Shown here one piece after another: positions 16,756 through 24,812 of a DNA stretch of 64,000 nucleotides (its first letter is position 1; each line of letters starts with the position of its first letter). Source of the stretch: an uncultured Clostridia bacterium (GTDB taxonomy: Bacteria > Bacillota > Clostridia > Oscillospirales > CAG-272); contig CANRMP010000007.1 of the NCBI GenBank assembly GCA_947631765.1, positions 72,647 to 136,646 on the forward strand. The letters run 5' to 3'. The notes beneath the pieces were generated by a model that was given only the letters and a program-made list of their open reading frames with translations, was not told where the DNA came from and did not search any database. A program made the translations under genes and the position numbers.

Positions 16756-17838
16756 ATGGACAGAGTTATATTGATACCGGCGTATCAACCCGCGGATATT
16801 CTTGTTGATTTTGTAAAAGAACTTAAAGAGTCTTCTTTTGAAACGGTTGTCGTTGACGACGGCGGAGGAGCCGCATTTGACGAGATTTTTAACAAAGTGG
16901 CAGAGCTTTGCACCGTTATAAGGTATACGCCAAACCTCGGCAAGGGAGCCGCGCTCAAAGCCGGATTTAAATATATAAGAGAAAATATTCCCTCGGCGCG
17001 CTTTGTAATCACCGCTGACGCCGACGGTCAGCATAAAATCCCGGATATTATAAAAGTGGCTGACGCTCTTGCAAGCTCCCCGGAAAACATAATGGTTATC
17101 GGGGCAAGACATTTTGAAAATAAGGTACCCTTAAGAAGCAAATTCGGCAATACCGTTACAAGATTTGTATATAATGTTCTTACAAGGCAGAAAATCACCG
17201 ACACTCAGACGGGACTTCGCGGCTTTCATGTATCTATGCTGCCGTGGCTTGAGAGTGTGGAGGGCGACCGATACGAATATGAAATGAACGTGCTGATGGC
17301 GGTGGGCGAAAATCAGATAAAAATCACCGAGGTAAAAATCGAAACGATATATGAAAACGACAACTCCTCGTCGCATTTTCGTCCCTTTCACGATTCGGTA
17401 AGAATATATAAAACCATCTTTTTAGCCTCAACTCCGCTGAAATATATGGCGTCGGCGCTTTTGGCGTTTGCCTTAAATTACGGAATTTACGCGCTTCTTG
17501 TATGGCTTCTTAAGCCGGTTGTCGAAAAATATCTTTTTATTTCCACACTTGTTGCGTGGGTTATCAGCTCATTTGTGAATTTTTCGGTCAACCGCTCCGT
17601 TGTGTTTAGGAAAAAGGACGGGTATTTTGCTGCGTTTGCGGGGTACTATTCGCTTGCGGTGATTGTGTATTTTGTAAAGTTCGGAATGACCTACGTCTTT
17701 GTAAATTTGCTTCACATAAGCGAGTATATAGCGATGCCGATTTCGGAGGTTATCCTTTTTGTGGTCAACTATTTTGTGCAAAAGCTATTGATTTTCGGCA
17801 AAAAGAAAAAAATTAAAGCGTCCGAGAAAAACGTCTGA
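16756..17838 (+). CDS. Family 2 glycosyltransferase fused to a GtrA-like membrane domain
   Basis: The N-terminus ILIPAYQP..VVVDDGG..GKGAALKAG..DADGQH fits the GT2 DxD type. The C-terminal 4-TM region resembles GtrA. I prefer Met18 with RBS AAAGGAAGG. Confidence 0.8.
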   Translation: MDRVILIPAYQPADILVDFVKELKESSFETVVVDDGGGAAFDEIFNKVAELCTVIRYTPNLGKGAALKAGFKYIRENIPSARFVITADADGQHKIPDIIKVADALASSPENIMVIGARHFENKVPLRSKFGNTVTRFVYNVLTRQKITDTQTGLRGFHVSMLPWLESVEGDRYEYEMNVLMAVGENQIKITEVKIETIYENDNSSSHFRPFHDSVRIYKTIFLASTPLKYMASALLAFALNYGIYALLVWLLKPVVEKYLFISTLVAWVISSFVNFSVNRSVVFRKKDGYFAAFAGYYSLAVIVYFVKFGMTYVFVNLLHISEYIAMPISEVILFVVNYFVQKLLIFGKKKKIKASEKNV

Positions 17839-17874
17839 AAGCACGGCTGTTTTTCGGACATTTTACAGAAAGGT

Positions 17875-18342
17875 ATGGTGCAAAGCTTGCTAAAAAAATT
17901 AATAAATCTTTTGAAACGTCCTGCGGAGCTAACTCCCCACGCCGTTATAATAACGTCTCTTATATTTATAACCCTGTTTGTAACAGACCGTTTTAACGGA
18001 GCCATGAATTTTGTCTCACATCACCTTACAGAGTCAATGTTTGTTATCTGCGCGATTATATTTTTATATCAGACGGTGGTGTTTTTTGCGGATTTTGCAA
18101 AAAACAAAAAGGTTTTTGTGCTTGTGGCACTGAGTATTGTAATCTCGCTTGTGGGAGTTTATCTTGCCGCGGTATGCATAAGGGACTTAAACGTCGAAGA
18201 AAGCCCCTTAATGCGATATGACTACAACAAATTTTTGCTCTGCTTTTATTCGGTTTTATCCGCCATTATTTCCTTTTTGGTTATTAATATTCAAAGAGCT
18301 TATAAAATGGCTTGCAACAGAAAAAGAAGCAGGACGTCATGA
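17875..18342 (+). CDS. Hypothetical membrane protein of about 4 TM helices
   Basis: This 155-aa hydrophobic ORF has RBS GAAAGG. I recognise no family. Confidence 0.55.
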   Translation: MVQSLLKKLINLLKRPAELTPHAVIITSLIFITLFVTDRFNGAMNFVSHHLTESMFVICAIIFLYQTVVFFADFAKNKKVFVLVALSIVISLVGVYLAAVCIRDLNVEESPLMRYDYNKFLLCFYSVLSAIISFLVINIQRAYKMACNRKRSRTS

Positions 18343-18369
18343 AAAGTAATATATTTTGGGAGAAACACA

Positions 18370-19317
18370 ATGAACAGCGTTGATTATATCGTTGAGCGCA
18401 AAAAGAAGGAATTTTGGCTCCTTTCATTGCTGAAAGCAATAGGATACATTGCGCTCTATATGGTAACCATGACTTTATTTGAGTTCATCAACGAGATGCG
18501 GCTTTATGCGATTTCGGTGCGCGAAGGCTGGGATAATGAGGTGTTTACCGAAACGGCGCGCGGTCAGTCGTATTCTGTGATGATTATTTCCGCATTGTTT
18601 ACGGTGCTGATTCTCATAGCCATGCAGGTTATTTTTAAGAAAAAGCCCTTAAGAAAGACCTTCCATCTAAATAAAATCAGCCCCCTGTCGGCACTTCTTG
18701 CGTTTATAACGGGAATTTCGCTCAACTTTGCGCTTAACGTCTTTATGTCGTTTGTGCCGCAAAAATACCTTGAAGAATACAGCGAATCTATGGATACCGG
18801 CAATCTTCCGATAGCAATATACATTATTGCCGCGGTAATTTGCGCGCCCATTATTGAGGAGCTGATATTCAGAAATTTTGCCACCTCCGCCTTAAAAAGG
18901 TCGATGCCGGTGTGGCTGTCGGTACTTATTACCTCCACTCTGTTCGGCTTGGTTCACGGACAATGGATACAGATGATATACGCCGGAGCGCTCGGAGCGC
19001 TTCTTGCCTCTGTTTTCTGCTATTCCGACTCGATTTTTCTTTCGATTCTTATACATTTCGGCTTCAACTCGGTGAGTATTATTAACTTAATTGTCGACGT
19101 CGAAAAAATGTCCGAAAATGAGCTTATGACCTTTGAAATTATTTATTCGATAATATCATGGTTCTGCATTTTTGTCGCAAGCGGCGCCGCTGTCGCGCTT
19201 TTTGCCTCAATTAAGCACTATAATCAAAAGAAAAAGCACAAAGAAGCGGCGGCACTCGCCATAGGCGGGGCAAGCGGCGAAATAAATCAAACAGAGCAGG
19301 GTCCGTATGGTCAATGA
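18370..19317 (+). CDS. CPBP family (CAAX/Abi-type) intramembrane protease
   Basis: The three family motifs are present: EELIFRN, FGLVHG and HFGFNS. Confidence 0.8.
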   Translation: MNSVDYIVERKKKEFWLLSLLKAIGYIALYMVTMTLFEFINEMRLYAISVREGWDNEVFTETARGQSYSVMIISALFTVLILIAMQVIFKKKPLRKTFHLNKISPLSALLAFITGISLNFALNVFMSFVPQKYLEEYSESMDTGNLPIAIYIIAAVICAPIIEELIFRNFATSALKRSMPVWLSVLITSTLFGLVHGQWIQMIYAGALGALLASVFCYSDSIFLSILIHFGFNSVSIINLIVDVEKMSENELMTFEIIYSIISWFCIFVASGAAVALFASIKHYNQKKKHKEAAALAIGGASGEINQTEQGPYGQ

Positions 19318-19897
19318 CGCTCTTGAAAAACGCAGAAAGCACCACGAGGCGATTATAAAAAAAGCCGGCTTGTATATTCTCATAACTCTTATACTGACGC
19401 TTACAAATATCGTCGGGATAGTTACAAAAATTGCGTGGTTTTCACTGCCTTACGGTATAACCTCGGTGCAGGCGTTATTTGAATACGGGATAAACATAAT
19501 AAGGGTAAAGCAGCTATATTCGGTAAATGTTATTTTTGCGCTTTTAGGGGCTTTGGTTTTGTACGCTCTGCTTTTTAAGTGCTGGTATTCAATGAAAAGC
19601 CGCCTTTTATGGGCTAAAGTTCTCTTTGCTTTATACGCTCTTGACACTGCGGCAACCTTTATTTTGGCGATTATTAATTTTGTTCCCGCGCTTTTTACAA
19701 TGACTTTGTATCTTGTCGATATCGGGCTTCACGTTTTTGTGCTTATTCAGCTTATGAGGGCAAAAAGATCGCTTTACGCACTTAGCGTCCTTCCCGAAAA
19801 GGAAACCGAGGAGGATATAAACGATATGTTTGCAGAGTATAGAGCGGAGCGGGATAAAATAAATGACGACAGTAATCAAAACCCGGATAATAATTAA
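19307..19897 (+). CDS. Hypothetical membrane protein (about 4 TM helices with an acidic C-terminal tail)
   Basis: This 196-aa ORF overlaps the CPBP gene by 11 nt. I recognise no family. Confidence 0.5.
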   Translation: MVNDALEKRRKHHEAIIKKAGLYILITLILTLTNIVGIVTKIAWFSLPYGITSVQALFEYGINIIRVKQLYSVNVIFALLGALVLYALLFKCWYSMKSRLLWAKVLFALYALDTAATFILAIINFVPALFTMTLYLVDIGLHVFVLIQLMRAKRSLYALSVLPEKETEEDINDMFAEYRAERDKINDDSNQNPDNN

Positions 19898-19918
19898 AAA
19901 GTACAGAAAGGAACGGAT

Positions 19919-20872
19919 ATGGGCGGCACTCTTCAAGAGGTATACAACAAAATAAAGGAAAACATTGGTCGTGTGATTGTGGGCAAGGAGAATATTATCG
20001 ACCTTATGCTTGTCACTCTTTTTGCCAAGGGACACATGCTCCTTGAGGACGTCCCGGGAACCGGCAAAACAGTGCTTGTAAAATCGCTTGCAAAATCAAT
20101 TGACGGGGAATGCAGCCGAATACAGTTCACCCCCGACCTGCTTCCTTCCGATATAACCGGAATAAACTTTTTCAACATGAAAACAAGTGAGTTTGAATTT
20201 GTAAAGGGCCCTATATTTGCAAATATTGTTCTTGCCGACGAAATAAACAGGGCGACCCCGAAAACACAGTCCGGACTGCTTGAATGTATGGAGGAAAGAC
20301 AGACCACAATAGACGGGAAAACATACAAAATGTACCCGCTTTTCATGGTTGTCGCAACGCAGAACCCGATTGAAAATATGGGAGTTTTCCCGCTTCCCGA
20401 GGCTCAGCTTGACAGATTTTTGGTTAAAAGCTCGATGGAATATCCCACACACGACGAGTCTGTTTCAATAATCGAGCGTTTTGCCTCTGAAAATCCCCTT
20501 GACAGCCTTAATGCGGTTGTTACCGCCGACGATATCACAGCGGCGCAGCAAGAGCTTGACACGGTTTACGTTGACAGGGACATCGCCTCGTATATAACAA
20601 GTATAGTGGAAGCGACAAGGGGCGCTAAGGGTGTGGAGCTCGGCGCCTCCCCGCGAGCCGCACTTTCTTTACTAAGAGTTGCAAAGGGCTACGCCGCCAT
20701 AGCGGGCAGAAAATATATCTCCCCCGACGACGTGAAAAAGGCAGCGCGCCCCACGCTTGCCCACCGTCTTGTGCTTACAAGCACCATGAGAATAAAAAAG
20801 AACGCCGCAAGCGAAATAATAGACGAGATAATCTCATCCCTTACCGTTCCCACGGAGCCTCAGCTGTCATGA
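19919..20872 (+). CDS. MoxR-family AAA+ ATPase
   Basis: Walker A is GVPGTGKT and Walker B is VLADEINRA. The ORF is 317 aa long with an ASPRA...L lid region typical of MoxR. Confidence 0.9.
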   Translation: MGGTLQEVYNKIKENIGRVIVGKENIIDLMLVTLFAKGHMLLEDVPGTGKTVLVKSLAKSIDGECSRIQFTPDLLPSDITGINFFNMKTSEFEFVKGPIFANIVLADEINRATPKTQSGLLECMEERQTTIDGKTYKMYPLFMVVATQNPIENMGVFPLPEAQLDRFLVKSSMEYPTHDESVSIIERFASENPLDSLNAVVTADDITAAQQELDTVYVDRDIASYITSIVEATRGAKGVELGASPRAALSLLRVAKGYAAIAGRKYISPDDVKKAARPTLAHRLVLTSTMRIKKNAASEIIDEIISSLTVPTEPQLS

Positions 20873-22008
20873 CATGTCAAAGACTTGTAGGTCTGCCTTC
20901 CTATTTTCCTATAGCCATTATTATTCTGGCTTTGGCAGTCCTTGTGCTTGTGTGGAGACGGATTACAAAATATGTGTTTTCAAGGCTTGAATATTCAAGG
21001 GAATTTACCGATACGGGCGTATTTGAAGGAGATAGCACCATTCTTGAGGAGACTATTATAAACCCCACTCCTTTTCCGATATTTTTTGCAGAGGTGGAGG
21101 CGTTTGTATACAAGGACCTTGAATTTGCCGACTATATTCCCGATATCGATAAAAATATGCAGTATATGATAAGCCGTTTCACTGTTATGCCTTATATGAA
21201 GGTAAGAAGGCGACACAATATAAACTGCAAAAAGCGCGGCTTTTATCGGCTTGAGACCGCCAGACTTTGGAAGGGCAAGAAAAACAGATATTTTGACTCC
21301 GTGGCGTCAATTTATATTTATCCCAAAACCATCGACTCGGGGATAATTCCAAGCCCCCTTTCATATCTTCAAGGCAATTATCCGACCTCAAGAAGGCTTA
21401 TAAGCGATCCCTTTTCCTTTGCGGGAGTCAGGGATTACCGCTTCGGAGACAGCTTCAGCTCGGTGAATTTCAAGGTTACCGCCAAGGCGCCGATTACAGG
21501 CTACAGCTCAATAAAAGTAAACAGCCGCGAGTTTTGTTCAAACCGCAGTATAATGATCTACCTTAACTTTCAAACCGACAGCGAGGACCCTATCCCCGCA
21601 AACGTGTATTCTTCTCTTATGGAGACCTCTATAAGCTTTGCTTCAAGCGTTGTTTTTGAAGCGGTGAGAGAGGGATACAAGGTGGGGTTTGCGGCAAATT
21701 CGAGAAACAATGACGGGAGTATAAGCGTAAGAGCCCCGATGCTCTCGGGAAACGACCACTATATCAGCCTGCTTCAAAGCCTTTCGCTTATGCGAACCGA
21801 GGCGGGTGCATCGGTAATATCGCTTTTTGATAAGGATATTAAGGACTTTGTGAGCTGTACCGAGTTTTATTTTATGACGACCTTTATAAACGACGAGATC
21901 TCGGAAAAAATCAGTCTGCTTGAAAAAAACACGAATATGGTGAGTATTATCAGACTTGACCGGATATTTGATATAAAAAGCGGCGGCTCAAAAGAGGAAA
22001 GTGTATGA
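20869..22008 (+). CDS. DUF58-family protein (usual MoxR partner)
   Basis: It has an ATGA overlap with moxR, two N-terminal TM helices, and the central GVRDYRFGDSFSSVNFK motif typical of DUF58. Confidence 0.75.
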   Translation: MTCQRLVGLPSYFPIAIIILALAVLVLVWRRITKYVFSRLEYSREFTDTGVFEGDSTILEETIINPTPFPIFFAEVEAFVYKDLEFADYIPDIDKNMQYMISRFTVMPYMKVRRRHNINCKKRGFYRLETARLWKGKKNRYFDSVASIYIYPKTIDSGIIPSPLSYLQGNYPTSRRLISDPFSFAGVRDYRFGDSFSSVNFKVTAKAPITGYSSIKVNSREFCSNRSIMIYLNFQTDSEDPIPANVYSSLMETSISFASSVVFEAVREGYKVGFAANSRNNDGSISVRAPMLSGNDHYISLLQSLSLMRTEAGASVISLFDKDIKDFVSCTEFYFMTTFINDEISEKISLLEKNTNMVSIIRLDRIFDIKSGGSKEESV

Positions 22009-22700
22009 AAAACAATAAAAAGTTTTATATAAAAATTGCGCTTCTTGTCGCCGCCGAAATAATTTTGGCTCTTGTTTACTCACGCCTCGGCGGCTTCGGC
22101 ATGAACAACAAGAACGACAACGCAAGGCACCTTTGCCAGCTTATTGCGGCGCTCTCAGCTGCCATTATGTTCTATGCCCTGTGGCTGATATACAAATATT
22201 TTCTGCTTCCCGCGGTTAAAAAAGGGTATATAAGAGCGAAAGCCGGAATTATAAAGGCGCTCAAATTTATCTCCCGAAAGATAGGCGGCTTTCTCAATAA
22301 AATAGGTATCGGGGGAAGGCGCCGACTTGCCATCGGAAAGGACGAATACACCTTTATTTTCGATGAGGATAAAAAGGAAAACAAAAGGCTTTTTGTAGGA
22401 AATGTCAACAGGTGGAAGAACCTTACCGACAACAATCAAAAGCTGCGATTCCTCTTTATTCGCTATATGATGAAGCGCATAAGACGGGGCTATCGCAAAA
22501 GACGTGGAAAAACTCCGAGAGAGTGGGCAAAAGAGCTCGGGGTACGTCGGGACGCGCTCGAGCTTTTTGAAAATTACGATATTGCAAGGTACTGCGGCGG
22601 AAAAATAATAATTTCCGACGACGCTGTTGAAAGAGCGAAAAAGGTCTGCGATTCAAAGCCTTCAAAGGGTGACGAAGGGCTGCGGGCGGCAAACCGATGA
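22005..22700 (+). CDS. Membrane protein with a DUF4129-like C-terminal region
   Basis: It has an ATGA overlap, two TM helices, and a basic C-terminal segment TPREWAKELG...LFENYDIARYCG. That segment resembles the DUF4129 tail of TgpA-like proteins. This is recollection, not a search. Confidence 0.55.
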   Translation: MKNNKKFYIKIALLVAAEIILALVYSRLGGFGMNNKNDNARHLCQLIAALSAAIMFYALWLIYKYFLLPAVKKGYIRAKAGIIKALKFISRKIGGFLNKIGIGGRRRLAIGKDEYTFIFDEDKKENKRLFVGNVNRWKNLTDNNQKLRFLFIRYMMKRIRRGYRKRRGKTPREWAKELGVRRDALELFENYDIARYCGGKIIISDDAVERAKKVCDSKPSKGDEGLRAANR

Positions 22701-23194
22701 AGGATCTTGTAAAGCTTACAAAAGAGTGTCAAGCGGAGCTTGAGAGCCTTGGCATAAAATGCGGGAAAATTCGAAAGCTTATTGTAAACACCCGAGCAAA
22801 GAAGCAGTGGGGAAGCTGTAAGAAGGTATCTGACGGAGTTTTTGATATCAGCATATCGCAAAGACTGCTTTGCGAGGGAGCTAATGACAAAGCCGTCAAG
22901 AGCACTATTTGTCATGAGCTGCTCCATACGGTGGAGGGCTGTATGGGACACAAGGGCAAGTGGGCGCTCCTTGCAAATACGGTAAATCTCAGGCTCGGCT
23001 ACGATATAAAACGCGTGACAAGCAATGAGGAAAAAGGAATTAAAGCCGAAACGGCTCCGGTACAATTTAAATATCTTTTGGTCTGCAAAAGCTGCGGCGC
23101 CCTGATACCAAGGCAAAAAGCCACTGCTGCTGTTATGCACCCCGACAGGTATCGCTGCGGGAAATGCGGCGGAGCATTAGTCAGAAAAATATAG
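22697..23194 (+). CDS. SprT-like zinc metalloprotease with a C-terminal zinc ribbon
   Basis: It has an ATGA overlap. HELLH lies at 22913-22927 and is followed by GHKGKW. The C-terminus carries CKSCG...CGKCGG (CxxC x2). Confidence 0.75.
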   Translation: MKDLVKLTKECQAELESLGIKCGKIRKLIVNTRAKKQWGSCKKVSDGVFDISISQRLLCEGANDKAVKSTICHELLHTVEGCMGHKGKWALLANTVNLRLGYDIKRVTSNEEKGIKAETAPVQFKYLLVCKSCGALIPRQKATAAVMHPDRYRCGKCGGALVRKI

Positions 23195-23195
23195 G

Positions 23196-23225
23196 AAGAA
23201 GAGATGAGAGTCTCTTCTTTTTTTA
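23196..23225 (+). terminator. Intrinsic terminator ending the 16756-23194 gene array
   Basis: The stem AAGAAGAGA / TCTCTTCTT has the loop TGAGAG and is followed by TTTTT. Confidence 0.7.
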
Positions 23226-23338
23226 CGCTTTCGGAGGTGCAAAATAACGCGGAGACGGCTTCTATTTTTAAAGCGCTTTTGCGCCTCAACCCGCGCCGAA
23301 GGTGCCTGCGGATTTTTTGCTTTTTTTAAATAAAATTA

Positions 23339-23367
23339 TTGACATTAGGCTCATTCGGTGGTATTAT
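23339..23367 (+). promoter_or_regulatory. Promoter of the antiporter gene
   Basis: TTGACA (23339-23344), a 17-nt spacer and TATTAT (23362-23367). Confidence 0.5.
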
Positions 23368-23433
23368 TATGGGGTGCGAATTTAAAAAGCACAATCAATA
23401 TATTGTATTTAACCGAAAGTAAGGTGCACAAAT

Positions 23434-24696
23434 ATGGAACTTCTTTTAAGCCTTTCAATCGCGCTGTTTGCCGGGCTTATTATGTCAAGAGTTGTAAAAC
23501 ATCTTCATTTGCCTGCGGTTACGGGCTATCTTATCGCGGGAATACTTGTCGGACCGTACTGCCTCGGGGCGCTCGGGATTAACGGTCTCGGCTTTGTCTC
23601 CTCCGAATACAGCGGCTTTTCCGTGCAGACCTTTGACATTCTCTCAAAGCTTGCCCTCGGCTTTATTGCTTTTGAGATAGGAAACGAATTCAGAGTTGCG
23701 GAGCTCAAAAAGGTCGGAAAACAGGTTGTGGTAATATCGCTTACCGAAGCGCTCGGAGCGGTACTCCTTGTTGACGCGGCGCTTATTGTGCTTCACTTTA
23801 TCATGCCGGACAGAATATCCCTGCCTCTTGCGGTAACAATGGGCTCAATTGCCGCCGCAACTGCGCCTGCCGCCACCCTCATGGTGGTAAACCAATATAA
23901 GGCAAAGGGCAAGGTGACCGAGCTGCTTTTGCCTATCGTCGCGCTTGACGACGCCATAGGACTTATAGCTTTTGCGATAAGTAGCGGAATTGCCAAAGCC
24001 CTTTACAGCGGGGAAGCGGATATGATATCCGTTTTGGTAGAGCCGATTTGCGAAATTGCCTTTTCACTGCTGCTCGGCGCGGCGCTCGGCGCAATTCTTG
24101 CATTTCTCGAAAGGCTTTTCCACTCAAGAAACAACACAATGGACCTTTCAATTTGCTTTGTGATTTTTTCTGTGGCAATATCCTTGACTAAGTTCAAAAT
24201 AGGTCCCATTCCCTTTGAATTTTCCACATTGCTTGTATGCATGATGCTCGGGACGATGTTCTGCAATATCAGCGAAAAATACGAGGGCGTCATGGACCGC
24301 TCCACAAGGTGGGCAAATCCCGTTATACTGCTGTTTTTCGTGCTCAGCGGAGCAGACCTTGATTTTTCGGTGTTCGCCTCTGCCGCCGCTGTGGGAATGG
24401 GAATTTTGTATCTTATTACAAGAAGCGCGGGAAAGTATCTCGGCGCAACCTTCGGGGCAAAAATTACCCATTCCGCGCCGGAAGCCGTCAAATACCTCGG
24501 TATTACGCTTTTGCCGCAAGCGGGCGTTGCGCTCGGCATGTCGCTTACTGCCGCGGAGACTTTGGGAAGCGACGGTACGCTTATCAGAAACGTGGTTTTG
24601 TTCGGAGTTTTTGTCTATGAGCTGGTGGGCCCCATGCTTGCAAAGCTCGCGCTTGTGAAATCCGGAGATATATCCCCCGAAAATCTTATTGAATAG
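23434..24696 (+). CDS. Cation:proton antiporter (CPA2/Kef-type membrane domain)
   Basis: This 420-aa polytopic ORF has an N-terminus (LSIALFAGLIMSRVVKHLHLPAVTGYLIAGILVGP) typical of sodium/hydrogen exchanger family proteins. Confidence 0.85.
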   Translation: MELLLSLSIALFAGLIMSRVVKHLHLPAVTGYLIAGILVGPYCLGALGINGLGFVSSEYSGFSVQTFDILSKLALGFIAFEIGNEFRVAELKKVGKQVVVISLTEALGAVLLVDAALIVLHFIMPDRISLPLAVTMGSIAAATAPAATLMVVNQYKAKGKVTELLLPIVALDDAIGLIAFAISSGIAKALYSGEADMISVLVEPICEIAFSLLLGAALGAILAFLERLFHSRNNTMDLSICFVIFSVAISLTKFKIGPIPFEFSTLLVCMMLGTMFCNISEKYEGVMDRSTRWANPVILLFFVLSGADLDFSVFASAAAVGMGILYLITRSAGKYLGATFGAKITHSAPEAVKYLGITLLPQAGVALGMSLTAAETLGSDGTLIRNVVLFGVFVYELVGPMLAKLALVKSGDISPENLIE

Positions 24697-24727
24697 TAAA
24701 ATGTTTATTAAAATTCATCAAAACGGC

Positions 24728-24766
24728 AATGTCAATATTGACATTAAAGATTTACTTTGGTATAAT
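24728..24766 (+). promoter_or_regulatory. Consensus extended -10 promoter overlapped by a perfect 18-bp palindrome (candidate operator)
   Basis: The palindrome AATGTCAATATTGACATT spans 24728-24745. The promoter is TTGACA (24738-24743), a 17-nt spacer, and TGgTATAAT with the hexamer at 24761-24766. Confidence 0.55.
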
Positions 24767-24812
24767 TAAATAAAAACTGCGATACATACTTTTATGCAGA
24801 AAGGAAACAATT

